63,835 nt of DNA, filler included, from Sphacelaria rigidula (GCA_964200075.2; 7 parts of 7 records of this genome joined end to end with filler, not necessarily neighbours in it), one strand, 5' to 3'; shown: positions 50,353 to 62,143, counted from the whole stretch's first letter. Notes: a model not told the origin generated them from the sequence alone. A program made the numbers and translations.

Positions 50353-52492
50353 TGGAGGATGTCACGAGATCAACACAGGCCCGTTTCACGACAATCTGCT
50401 GGGACTCCGTTCGATCGATAAATGTAGCCTATAAAAGTGGCATAAGAACGCCGCGACGAAGTACATTGACTTGACCATCGCACCTTGATGGCACAATGCC
50501 CTTCATGATGTACGGTTGCAAGATTCACGTAGGACGATCATGCTAGCGCATTGCCGACTTCCCGTCATACTGTCATGGCATTCACATACAATCATCTACC
50601 GTGTAAGTTGCTCCGCAATACTACCCTGTGATGAGGGCGTCCACCGCAACACGACTCCCGTGAGCTGTCGCTCTATTGTCGCAGTGCATGCAGACACAGT
50701 AGTATGTTGTGGTTGTGTGCATCATATATGGCCACTTACCAACTTATCGACATTACGATGTCGAAAATTGCGGCGATGACGAAAGAAACAGCGCCGCAGG
50801 TGTAAACCCCCTTCTGGTAGCTGCACAACAACACCCCGCCCGCAATTATGCCACAAAGGCTTGCAATCCATTGACCTGCATAAGCCCGAAGAGAGGGAAT
50901 GACACATGCGGCACAACAGCAAGCAGTGTGGGGGGGCTGTGGGCAGATTTGGGGCAGAGGAACGAACAACAGTACTTTTATCACGACTCTTCCAAAGGGA
51001 TGGGGAGAGGAGGGCGGGGTCTAGGCCACTCAAGTGAGATCATCCACCTCTTCCATAACTATGTAAACGCGTTGTCAACTGGGTCAGAATTATATTGCGT
51101 CATCATCCCTCTCGGAATCAAGTCGCTGGTGCTGTGCCCCCTCCGAACTCTTGCCAGTCCTATACCGGAGACCTTGATGCTACACCGGGGGAAAATCCAA
51201 GTTTTCGGACATACGAGGAACGAATCCGCGGGCCGGGTAGGGTGGCAACAGTTACATACGTTTACAAGTTGGGATACGGGCGGGGGAAAGTTCGACACTC
51301 AAAGGGTCGCCCACTTTTTATCCAGGTACACGTTACACGCTGCCCACCCGGTATCATAGGGGCTCGTGGACGGGGTAGTTCGATACTTACCGAGTCGCTC
51401 GTTTTTTATCAAGACGAACGATATGCGCCGCCCACCCAGTATCATGGGATCGCCATGCTTTGATTTTACCTTACGCATTTGAAAAACATTTTTCCAAGCC
51501 ATTCCGCACTCCTTATATCCGTTCGGTTCCCACCTCTGCAGAAGAGGCAGAGCCGCATCACCCTAGTTCGCTGTGGTAGAATAACACTGCCGCAACAGCA
51601 GTAGCGCTGGTTCCATTACAATGACGGGGATGTGTATTAATCGTGGTCTTAAGACTACTGGCAAACGTCGACAAATAAAAGCGGCACTACACCACCTACA
51701 GCCGTGTTCGGCTCAAGGTTTCACTTGTAATTCGTTTTGGAGGTCATGCCCGATTGAGATTGCGTTGAGATCTCCAAAGTATGCAATTCGCAATCAGCAC
51801 CATTCGGAGGGTTTGCGTCATATATCGGGCTGGTGCAAATGTGCCCAATCATTCCTCACGTATTGCGTACCGTGTCCTGAAAACGTGAACGGCCGACATA
51901 AGTTGGAGCATCAATACCGTCGCTTCTTGTCCACGTGAGTGTACTACTTTAGTGTACCCGCCCAGACAAGCATACTGCACTACTAGTATTACTCACAAAG
52001 AAAAAGCCCGTCGATCATGAAGAAAGCTAGGGAGTGTGTGACGATCACGACGATCGCGGAAATCCGTGTCTGTCTCGTGGCATCCGCGTTTGCCATCATC
52101 CATCGCAACCGGGACACAGTGCAAGGGGTAAACGGAAAGTGTTGGAGTGAGCGAGGATAAATTCTTCGCCTACGTACGAGACATGTGCACGACTTCATCG
52201 ATTTCCGATCTTGCTGCGTTTCATCCACGAAAGCCGCCGACGCTTTTTCATTCATCTCTCATACCGCCGTCAAAAAACATCCCAACATGAGAGAACTTTT
52301 TTTATTTGACTAGAAATTGACCTAATTTTGACACGTGCATCACACTTGGTCCAAACGTGACCTTCAACCCAACTCTCCTCTAGCCTACACCATCAAAGAA
52401 TCACCAAGCTTGTACGAGGACCTGCATTTACGTATATTATTTCGATCAATATTTTGTTGTGTACCAACGTTCAGTCTGAAAATGTCATCCAA

Positions 52493-52893
52493 CAGACAAT
52501 TCTATGAAATGAGGTTGCACGATGAAATGAGGCTCAAGCCCAAAACAGTGCTTTCTCTACACTTACAGCGATGGTGCCCAATACGTTTTTGTCGGCCTAC
52601 TGCCCCTCGACCGCGTAAATACTTGTTCAGCGCATATTACCGACTTTGTGAGCTTACAGCGCTGACCGAAACCGTCGTTTCCCCTGATAGCACCTGCCCC
52701 CCTCCCCCCTTGAAAAATCAGGGAAAATGACGGTTCTGGTCAGCGCCGTAAGCTCAGAGTCGGTAAAATGCGCTGAACAAGATTCTACGCGGTCGAGGGG
52801 CATTAGGCCGACAAAATCGTCATTGGGCACCATCGCTGTAAGTGTGGGGAAAGCACTGTTTCGGGTCTGAACCTCATTTTATAGAATTGTCTG
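52493..52893. mobile_element. Foldback/MITE palindrome (~190-bp arms, ~30-bp loop)
   Basis: The arm at 52493-52688 is the near reverse complement of 52718-52893 (e.g. CACTTACAGCGATGGTGCCCAAT / ATTGGGCACCATCGCTGTAAGTG). The same family starts at ~18115-18172. Confidence 0.88.
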
Positions 52894-53644
52894 ATATCCG
52901 CCAAATTCATTCGACTATACTTGTTGTACTCGACGTACAAGAAGCACCTGCTTGACCTCTTGTGGAGCGTCTGCGGGAACCGCACAGCAGCAGTACTCTT
53001 GACCTTGAGCAACAGGGCCGCCCACTTTGATCGGCTGCACCACCGTGATGAATTGTTGGACGCCATCACCATGCCCCGTAGAGGTATCTTCGACCTTCAT
53101 CGTCAGTCGAGCCTCTTCGCCCTCTCTCTCCCTTTCTTCGAGTCTCAAGTGATTACCCATTCCTGCTGCAGCCCGATTGAGCACACGCCGCAAACACTCT
53201 CTTTGTGTGCTGGGAGCGTTAACACCCTCTTGTGTGTTGAGAAGAGTTCAGGAGCAAAATACGCTTCGAACGCATGTAGGCGAAAGAGAAAGAGGGGCGG
53301 GATGGGGGCGCACGTGGAGGGAACGTCATAAGTTGATTACGCGACATCCTCGCGGCAGATAGAGTGGAGCGGATACCCGTCGGGTACAGAGCCTCATAAA
53401 AGACAAGGCGTTGAGTTGTAGTGTTACATCCGGAAACGTTTGAGGCCTGTTTAGGCGAACTTTTGCAAGGCATGAAACGTTGCTCAGAACTACCCGTCAA
53501 TATTCGCTCGGGAAATGGAGCATCGAACGGTGGAAAGAAATCGACTAAAGCGCAAGTTTCGCCACACGGGCTGGCTACTACGTCTACTGTATTGTCGAGG
53601 GGACGCTGCGACCGGTAGCGATGTCGTTGTGCAAAGTGATGCTT

Positions 53645-53810
53645 GGTATATCCCCGTGTGTTTCGACTAAGGGTTGCTGAAGACGTTGTGACGATGATGG
53701 TCTTTCATGTGGACGATATCATGATAACAGTTCTGAGGAAGTGACCACGGGAATAGTCGGTGCATTCAATCAGAGATTTCCCACTAAACATCTCGGGGAG
53801 ATCGAGTGAG
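53645..53810 (+). pseudogene. Short copia reverse-transcriptase remnant
   Basis: Translates as VFRLRVAEDVVTMMVFHVDDIMIT/(frameshift)SEEVTTGIVGAFNQRFPTKHLGEIE*, which includes the copia HVDD box and the K.LG motif. Confidence 0.7.
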
Positions 53811-53834
53811 TGCACAAGGGACCGGTTGAAAGGA

Positions 53835-54069
53835 ATGCGTAGGAGGACCGCGTGCCTGGAGGACCGCATCGTAGTTCAAAACATCGTAGGATCGACGTTT
53901 TTCAAACCCAGTCGGGCCAGTCCCTCCACTGACGACGCCCCTGACCCTAACCCCAAGACTAACCCTAACCGTAACTAACCCTAACGATGGGGGTGGCTAA
54001 ACTCCGATGCGCCCCCCCGGAGAACGCTGTCCTCCCACACCCCGCCGGAGAACGCGGTCCTCCCACACA
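53835..54069. mobile_element. Second TIR element with CCCTAA repeats (right TIR duplicated)
   Basis: GAGGACCGCGTGCCTGGAGGACCGCATCG ... CCCTGACCCTAACCCCAAGACTAACCCTAACCGTAACTAACCCTAAC ... GAACGCGGTCCTCCCACAC. Confidence 0.75.
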
Positions 54070-54485
54070 GTACACAAAGAACGCGGGACTTTACAAATCG
54101 GGGATCGATTTTGTTTTGAGGATGAGGACCGGGAGAATTAAAATCTTCGTGTCCACACCAAATCTCGGAGGTATAGTTCCATCCTTCCATTCACTGGTAC
54201 TGTAGCTATAGACAACTATTGCACTTCATACAAGTTTGGATACTGATAACCGACATGTTGGGGTCCTAGTTGAAGAAATATTTTTGGGAAATTTAGGTGT
54301 TCCGATCAAACCCCCAAAATGGTTTTTCACCTACGACCCTAAAGTTTCGGTTATCGAATCCAAATTTGTATGGCATGCAGTAAACAGTGGATTCTGGAAA
54401 GTGATGTTGAAAAGACAAACGAGGTTCAACTCAAAAGCCGTCCTTTCCCTGACCTGAATCCATGACGAATTACTTTCATATGGAC

Positions 54486-54703
54486 CACCCCATCCCTCCC
54501 GACCTCCCTAAAACTATTTCGGGGGATTCTGAGCCTTCCGTGCCCCCAAAGGGTATGTGCGTAAGCACATTTTTGCCTCGATTTCGAGGTGAAAAGGATA
54601 CGTTTTTTGGCCCCAAAATCGTGCTTTCGCACATACCCTTCCGGGGAACGGAAGGCTAGAAATCCCTCGAAATACTTTTGGGGAGGTCGGGAGGGATGGG
54701 GTG
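54486..54703. mobile_element. Palindromic MITE (CACCCC...GGGGTG)
   Basis: CACCCCATCCCTCCCGACCTCCC / GGGAGGTCGGGAGGGATGGGGTG termini with ~85-bp arms. Confidence 0.8.
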
Positions 54704-55807
54704 NNNNNNNNNNNNNNNNNNNNNNNNNNNNNNNNNNNNNNNNNNNNTTAATTAATTAANNNNNNNNNNNNNNNNNNNNNNNNNNNNNNNNNNNNNNNNN
54801 NNNACCGGAGCGGGCCGTGGGTCGACAGAACCATGGTACCCCTTTGTTTGCCGGCACACGTTGTCGCCGGGGTTCTAGTGGGGTAAATTGTGTGGATACG
54901 TGTATTTTTCCTTGCATGGTACACGTCGGTGGGGTTCTTGCCGGCAGGACGTTGGCTAGCGGTGTGTGTACACCACAAATGGGTGCACACGCAGGCTGGT
55001 GGGGAGATTGGTGTGGAGTGCATAAAGTGACAAAATTCGAAAGCAACTGCAAAAATACAGACGTTGCTCAGCCAAGGCTCGACGTACCCCCACCACCTGC
55101 CGTGCAGCCATAGCATACACAGCTTGTAGACAAGCCTGGCACAAGACGGGAAAAGCCGTTCATGCACGTGCCGCACAGTACAGTACCTACTATCGCCATT
55201 ATCCATATGATCAGGGGGGTACCTACTCATCCCGAATGGGGTACCCCCCCCACCCCACCCGTCGCCCAGAATGAGGTTTTCGGGATTTGGGGGCGGGGAA
55301 TATCATATTCCAGTCTGTAAGGCCCCTTGTATCCAGTGTTGTGAACACAGCTTCTGTCAGGTAGCCTTGAGTCAGGCAGTCACAACGCACGCTATCAGCC
55401 ACGGACAGTTACTGTAGTAATTATAACGACCAGTTCACACCATGCTACACAAGTGCTACACAAGTGCTACACACCTGTATCATGGGTACACCTGCCATAA
55501 GCCTGCGCACTCACCCCCGGCTTGAGGGAGCTGGGCGAATGTGATATAACCATCTGTGTAAAAACAAGTGAACTCTTTTGATTTTGGCGGTGAAGCGGAA
55601 TGTAGTTCTGCACCCCGATCTGCAATCAAACAAAACGGTCATGTGCGATATATTTTTATCTCAAAATGCCCTCCACGAAAATAACACCCCCTCGAGTCCC
55701 CATTTTCCGCGGGACTGTCAGCCGCCCATGTTGTTCCGAAATATGAACTTGCGTCGAAGCGGTTAATAGGACCTGTACTAGACAAAGAGACGGCAACCTT
55801 AGCTTGC

Positions 55808-56598
55808 CTGAGGGTAATGTCCTCGAGATTCCCGATAGGTGTAGCCACGAAATATACCACCCCTGGCTCAGCCACCTGCTGAGCCTGACCGACCCTGTTG
55901 CCAGAGGTAGCACCAACGCCCGATAAGTTCATCCTGGCACCACCGTCTCCTTCGCCCAGGTGTGTCTTGTCGTCTCCATCATGGTTGGCACAAGGAGGGT
56001 CGGAGTTGCTGCTGATGCTGGCCAAGTTACGCGTCCTACTCCGGACACAAGGACAGGTTATATTTCTGTGCTGGATTCTCATGATGTGCGGAATTTTTGC
56101 TGCATAGCTTGTTGTGGGACTTCCGCCGCTCCGCGTGGTGGCACCGTGAGTAAACATACACGTTGCTGAACGCCCAGCAGGCGAAGTAGGTGCGCGTAAT
56201 TCTCGACTAACGCCTACGAGTGACAGCGTCGACTCGAGCGAGAGAGACCCGCCACCAATAAAACCACCATCACTGCAACCGCTACCAAAGCAACGACAAC
56301 TGCTGCATTCAGTGCGATCCATCGCTTGCCCACGAAGCAGCACCCGTGTGGCGATACCAAAAGTATCCGTCCTCGTACGAAGTTGACGCCGAGAGATGAC
56401 AGCTGCCGGAGCGGCGCTAGGATCTGTATCGCGTAACGGTAAGCGTAACCGCAAGCCACTTCTACACCAGCCGCTTCGAACAGCGGCTGTTGCTTCACCC
56501 GCAGACAAATGTCCAATGCCCACAACACTCATAGAAATAAAAGCCAAAGCTACTACTATGGCGGGAGTCTGGCTGTATCGACCACGAGAGTACGGCAT
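55808..56598 (-). CDS. rsmI: First exon of an RsmI-family 16S rRNA (cytidine-2'-O)-methyltransferase with a long N-terminal extension
   Basis: PGVVYFVATPIGNLEDITLR is the RsmI/YraL N-terminal signature. Similarity stops at AG|GCAAGC (probable GC donor). Hydrophobic N-terminus. Downstream exons were not found on this contig. Confidence 0.8.
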
Positions 56599-57356
56599 AC
56601 CGCCGAGGAGAACGTCGGCTTGACTGGCGAAGGTGCAGGAACCTGTGCCTAGACATAAAATCTGTCATTATCCAGCCTCGATTTGCGGAGTTCAGATTTT
56701 GCACCTGGGAGGTACATTGTAAAATGGGGGGGGGAAGGTGATGTAAATGGCGGGTCCTGCTCAGTACAAGTACAACAACAGTACAGTAGCATCAAAGTCA
56801 TCTTTCATGTCATTCATCGTAGGTTCAAGCAACCAACGTCTCGGTCCTCTGCGGTGCGAAGTTGTCCTGCCACGGCCGCTCCACGTTAAGCCGCTGTACT
56901 CGTCTTTGGTGCTCACTTCGGGTGGGAAACCTCAATCACTTCAGGATCATTAGCATTCCTTCGCTAAGTACGCGAGGTTCCGGGCCAACGTTGATTTCTA
57001 CTCTGTCCTTGTGACTGTCCGCGGTTCATGCACTACGGCTCTGTACGTCACCGCTGTACTGACTGTGTCTGTACCGTCTGTACTGCTGTCTCTCTGCACA
57101 GGACAATTGTACTTGCTGTACTGTCCCGCCGTTTCGTCCGAGACGAAGAACGAGAAAGCTGAAGATCAATTTGAAATTTCGTCGCGTCAATTCGCTCATA
57201 CTTGAGCTCCAGGCGCACTCGGGCAGGGCACCAGGACCGAGCAAGCCACCATCTATCTGCACGACCTTCCGCGCGCACACTGAAATCAAGATATCCAGCC
57301 GACCTCCGTTTGTGCGGCAAAATTGCTCTGCAGTCAGTGCCATACGAGATACGAGC

Positions 57357-58502
57357 ATGAGCGAGTCGGCGGAAAATGTGGCGATAAATCGAGACGGGCG
57401 GGACAATGGTTTTCATGATTCAGCGTACATCACATCACCCCGCAACGCACCTTCTGACGCTGCTGCTCCTGTCCTGGAAGGGTCACTGTCTCCGCCACCA
57501 CCGCGTAACCCTCTCATTGACCATGCTGACGTACTTCAGCACATCATGCTCTTAGCCGCGGACGAAGGTTACCTCTACGCAGGTAGCGTGTCCAAGAAAT
57601 GGAAGACAGGGTGGGGCGAAAGGCCCAAGCATACGGGCATGCTGATGGCCATGCAGTCAGTTTCGCGTGCTCAGTGGGCCAAAGAATCCAGGTGCCCCTG
57701 GAACACAAATACGTGTAAGGCGGCGGCCGCTGGAGGGTGCATGGATGTGCTGATATGGTGCAGGGACAACGGCTGCCCCTGGGATGCGCGCACGTGCGCG
57801 GCCGCGGCCAAACAGGGGAATATGGAGATGTTACTCTGGTGCAAGGCCCACGGCGCGCCGTGGGACGAGCGAACGTGCACGATGGCTGCCGCAGGCGGAC
57901 ATCTTGATCTTCTCAAGTGGGCGAGGGCCATGGGTTGTCACTGGAGCACGTGTACGTGCGAGCAAGCTGCCGAGCATGGCCACCTTGAGGTGCTGTATTG
58001 GTGTAAAGACGACGGCTGCGCCTGGGACGAGCTGACGTGTGCAGCGGCCGCCAGAGCGGGACATCTCAAGATTCTGCAGTGGTGCAGGGCAAACGGTTGT
58101 CCTTGGGACAGAGGAACGTGTGAGGCAGCCGCGGTTGGGGGTCACCTAACGTTGTTGCAGTGGTGCAGGGCAAATGGTTGCCCTTGGGACGAGTTCACAT
58201 GTTGCGCGTCGGCTGCAGAGGGACATCTGGAAATTTTGCAGTGGTGCAGAGCCAACGGTTGTCCTTGGACCTCGTGCTGCTGCGCGGCGGCAGCGGCAGG
58301 CGGGCAGCTGGCTGTGCTCAAGTGGCTGAGGGAGAACGGCTGCCCGTGGAAGGAGGACACCACCGCTAACGCCGCATTCCTGCCCGGCGTCGAAACTATC
58401 AAGTGGTGCAAGGCCAATGGTTGCCCATGGGACACCGAGGTTGCACTAGGGTCAGCCAGTCCCGAGGTTGCAAAGTGGATTGAGGAGGGATGCCCTGAGT
58501 GA
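57357..58502 (+). CDS. Intronless ankyrin-like repeat protein (27-aa GCPW repeats) with an F-box-like N-terminal segment
   Basis: Nine full repeats plus one partial of CPWD..TC..AA..GHL..L.WCR.NG, preceded by DVLQHIMLLAADEGYLYAGSVSKKW. First in-frame ATG at 57357 (the frame is open from 57171). Confidence 0.88.
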   Translation: MSESAENVAINRDGRDNGFHDSAYITSPRNAPSDAAAPVLEGSLSPPPPRNPLIDHADVLQHIMLLAADEGYLYAGSVSKKWKTGWGERPKHTGMLMAMQSVSRAQWAKESRCPWNTNTCKAAAAGGCMDVLIWCRDNGCPWDARTCAAAAKQGNMEMLLWCKAHGAPWDERTCTMAAAGGHLDLLKWARAMGCHWSTCTCEQAAEHGHLEVLYWCKDDGCAWDELTCAAAARAGHLKILQWCRANGCPWDRGTCEAAAVGGHLTLLQWCRANGCPWDEFTCCASAAEGHLEILQWCRANGCPWTSCCCAAAAAGGQLAVLKWLRENGCPWKEDTTANAAFLPGVETIKWCKANGCPWDTEVALGSASPEVAKWIEEGCPE

Positions 58503-59044
58503 GTCGGAGCAACAGTCACGCGACGGAGGTATGGCCTAGCTACTGCGCATTCGACATGGTTTGGTCCGAACTGAATGTCACTGCACGGCGTAGGGCGGTG
58601 CGCCGAATCAGGAGGTGTGTGCGCGCGATGGGCTCTTGTGTGCATGCGATGCGCCCGCGCACTCTGTACAACATCATGTCGGTGACCTGGTGCTGGCAAT
58701 GCAGGTATGTGTGTCTGCTCTACACATGAACGCGTGCGAATCAGTGTGCGGCAGCAGTGATTCCGCGCGATGTTGTATCGCGATTCCTCAGGAACGGGAG
58801 GGCGGGTGGGCATCACGTTTGCGTCTGTGTTTGCATTTCCGGGGGTACCAGCAGGGATATGCCCATGCGCGTGTCACGCTGTACCCTTTAACCAGTCGCC
58901 GACGTCAATACTCGCGGTATGTAATGTGGACTCAAGAAGGGCGAGCACCCGACATGTGTCCTTTTGCGCTGTTTTGCTCTCGCCCATCGTTTGTATCAAT
59001 TACCGACTGCCACCAGGACTAGTGGATCGGTAATTCGTGAACAT

Positions 59045-59830
59045 CCCCCCCCCCCCTCCCTGTGGCAAAGGGAGGGTTTGGGTAAGGGGAAAAGAAGCGC
59101 CTAAGACGGAAAGTAGACGAGGAAGAACGTCTGAAGATACTCGGGAGGATGAGGGAGGGGATAGGGATGAAGATATATCTGCATGGCTCGATGGACTTCT
59201 CGAACAAATTGAAATCGCAATTTCGGGTAGGAGACGTGAACCTGCCACAAAGAAGGAAGAAGTATACCAGTAGTCGAGCGGACGAGGACGCTGATGCACA
59301 GAATTACCCCTGCGCCAAAGCAGTGTAGAGTAGAACCCATGTAGTGGGAAAATGTGAATTATACAAGGAAGAACGGGATGTGTTGGAGGGGAGAAACGTG
59401 GGTAGTAAACGAAGGTGGCGTGGAATCGTTTGATACATTGGACAGTAGCAAGAAAAACTGATGGTTGCCACAAGAGGCGAATCAAAAGCGGGGTAAGATA
59501 TGTAAAATATTTATGAATATTGCATGGAAGAAACGTAATGAGCACCTAAATGTTGGAGGTGTCCCTATTAGGAGCAGGAACTGTGCTCCGTCTCGAAAGG
59601 GATGAGTGGTCAATGACCAAACGACTGAGGCAAGCAACAAATTATTGTGTCCCCCCCCCCTCCCCCCTGTGGCAAGGTAATAGAGAGTAGATTTGCTATA
59701 ATGGGAGAATGTAAACTATGAGAGGAGGACCGGGACGTGATGGACGAGATCAGGGAACTAAACAAATGTGACATGAATCGCTTTGGTACATTCATATGTA
59801 GCGAGAAAAAGATAGCTCTACTAGGAGAAC
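59045..59830 (+). mobile_element. LINE-3'-derived ~600-bp repeat flanked by poly(C), plus the start of a second, internally deleted copy
   Basis: The decayed frame KLKSQFRVGDVNLPQRRKKYTSSRADEDADAQNYPCAKAV*SRTHVVGKCELYKEERDVLE resembles the LINE ORF2 C-terminal CCHC domain. Both copies start (C)nTGTGGCAA(A)GG. Confidence 0.75.
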
Positions 59831-59988
59831 CGCTGCGACATATCTCCAAGTAAACCTATTCCTGTGATCGGCAGATCGCCATGCGTGCTCCGACCGCTAT
59901 TCGTGTACTTGAGGGTGTTCATACACAAGAGAAGGTAGTGTGCCGAAAATATACTGGGTCAAGTACAGGGCGAAACCATGCTCTTCCA

Positions 59989-60187
59989 GTCAGATTGCCG
60001 CCATTATCGTTGAGAGAACGTGGGTTCAATTCCTGCCAGGTGTGTGTGTGTGTGTGTTTTCCTTCGAAATATATGATTATGATTCCCTCCGTCGAACGTG
60101 TGAGGACGTGAAGAGAGATGGGTTGATCCCTTGAGACCACGGACTCGTCCCGAGGCAGGGGAGGGGTTGAGAGTGCGACAAAAAAAT
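59989..60187 (+). mobile_element. 5'-truncated tRNA-derived SINE
   Basis: B box GGGTTCAATTCC, then (TG)n, then the conserved tail GATCCCTTGAGACCACGGACTCGTCCCGAGG...GAGAGTGCGACAAAAAAA. Confidence 0.65.
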
Positions 60188-60845
60188 CGTGTGCCGATAA
60201 TACACCAAGCCAATGACAAAGCGCCCAAATATTCGCCAGGAGGAAAGTGCCGGCGATTCTGCCACGTATGATAACATTGATGGGACGATGGAATATCTTG
60301 ACGTATGAGCAGCATGAGGTTACCCGTTAGGTCGGAGGCATCCGCGTGCACGAGTCCCACACTCCCACCATGTGCGTTGTACTTACTTTCTGCACTACAC
60401 GCATAATGGCACCCCCTTGGCTACTACGCCTCCTTTCGGAAGACAATTGCCGTGGGCATTTCATCGTCGCATCAAAGCTGTCGTACGTACGTAGGAAGAT
60501 CGCCGGCGCATTCTTCTGCAGTATGCCATTTCTGTTCACAACTCGCGCATGTTGCGCCGGGTTCGGTACCAGAAAGATCCCGCAATATTTTTGTTCCGAA
60601 ACGAGGCATAGCACCCGGGGTGTTGCGACGTGTAGCGCACGAAGTACAACGCACCTAATGGGAGTGTGGGGCTCGTGCATGCGGATCCCGCTGACCCAGC
60701 CGGAAATCTTACGCTGCGCAGACGTCAAGATATTTCATCGTCTCGTCAAAGCCATCACACGTGGCAGAATCGCCGACACATATTTGGGCACGTGCCGTAC
60801 TTGACCTAGTATATTATCGCCAGACGAACTTTTTTTCTTGACACG
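60188..60845. mobile_element. Foldback element with ~230-bp imperfect arms
   Basis: CGGCGATTCTGCCACGT..ATATCTTGACGT..GCACGAGTCCCACACTCCCA..GTGCGTTGTACTT pairs with AAGTACAACGCAC..TGGGAGTGTGGGGCTCGTGC..ACGTCAAGATAT..ACGTGGCAGAATCGCCG. Confidence 0.8.
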
Positions 60846-60867
60846 CTTTGTCGGCGCACGGCCTCTG

Positions 60868-61046
60868 TTTTTTGGTGGCACTCTCAAACCCTCCCCTTCC
60901 TCGGGGCGAGTCCGTGATCTGAAGGGATTAACCCAACTCGACGTTGGATATCACAACCGCCAAAGAAAAAAAGCGCTCCTGGCGAGAAACGAACCCACCT
61001 TTTCTCCACCCTAATGGTAAGACTCTGACCATTAGACCACCGTGGC
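60868..61046 (-). mobile_element. tRNA-derived SINE (same family as 59989-60187)
   Basis: Minus strand: A box TGGTCTAATGG, B-box-like GGGTTCGTTTCTC, tail ATCCCTTCAGATCACGGACTCGCCCCGAGGAAGGGGAGGG..GAGAGTGCCACCAAAAAA. Confidence 0.7.
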
Positions 61047-61079
61047 ACGGTGGTCATGTGGAAACGCGATAACGACAAT

Positions 61080-61337
61080 GCGCGGCTCAGTTTTTCGAGT
61101 TTCGGGGTGAAGATTCGACACCTGAAAAACGGCACTTGGACCTACCCTGTCACGGCTGTCTTCCATTTTTTTTTCTCGCTCGCCTAAAGGATCTGAAGAT
61201 AGCCCAAAGAAATGCATTGCCCGAAGTTGGTGGAGGAAAACAAAAAAATGAGCGATAGCGGTGACAGGATAGGCCTGAGTATTGTTTCGCTATTAGTGTC
61301 AAAAGTTCACCCCGAAATTTCGAAAATTGAGCGCGCG
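61080..61337. mobile_element. MITE-like inverted repeat
   Basis: GCTCAGTTTTTCGAGTTTCGGGGTGAA..CCTACCCTGTCAC pairs with GTGACAGGATAGG..TTCACCCCGAAATTTCGAAAATTGAGC. Confidence 0.7.
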
Positions 61338-62143
61338 TGGCCTATGGCCTGTGGGGACAGAGCCTTGACCGGCCCAGCTTTTATGCGTTGTGTACTATAT
61401 GAGTCGTAAACATTGAACGTTTCACCGCGCCGGATATTGGGGCTCGCGACCTCTAAGTGGAAACGCTTCAAAAAAACAAGTGCAATACCATGTGGCAGGT
61501 GGGGGGCGGTATGCGGTGTGAAGATCCTTTTTCAGCGTGCGTTACTGCGTGTTTGTATCATTCATACGGGAACTTTAGACTGCCCCCCCCCCCCCATCCC
61601 CTCCCGCCGCCCCGCCGTTCTGTGAGCGAGTTCGTAGCCTCGAGGGATCGAATAATCTCTCCCAGGGCATATACCTTGCAAATAGCTGTAGTGCATTGGA
61701 ATTGGATGGCCTCTCCCACAGCCCGTCGAGTTGTTGTCTCGTTTTGTAGATCGCAGAAATGCAACGCGTGGAGGCCGACGAGCGCAAGACTTGAAAAACG
61801 ATTGGGGATCACTGGGAGACGTGCGATATTTTTCGTGTGCGGTTGGCACAGGTCGTGTGTGGATCATTCGATGATCGACGTCTGTGCTGTTTTGCCATGT
61901 TTTGTGCGAATGAAGGGTAGTGCGTCCGGGGGCTTGCGCCTCTTGATAAGATTTCGTATCGTGCGGCCCATCTTGGCCGCACACCAAGGGCGAGAGAGTC
62001 CGTGCTCGATTTTTGTACGGATTGCATACCGGGGACAAGTTGCGTTCGAAAGACGTACGAGAAATACAGGGCCAAAACGAGAGTCTATAATATGCCATGT
62101 TGCACGCGTAGTCCATAGGGTTAGTATTGTGCATCTCGCAGCA

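Noticed and set aside
50709..51463. 216-aa and 122-aa ORFs
   Set aside because: No recognisable domain or splice structure; likely decayed repeat sequence.
58142..58816. 224-aa minus-strand ORF
   Set aside because: Antisense shadow of the ankyrin repeats.
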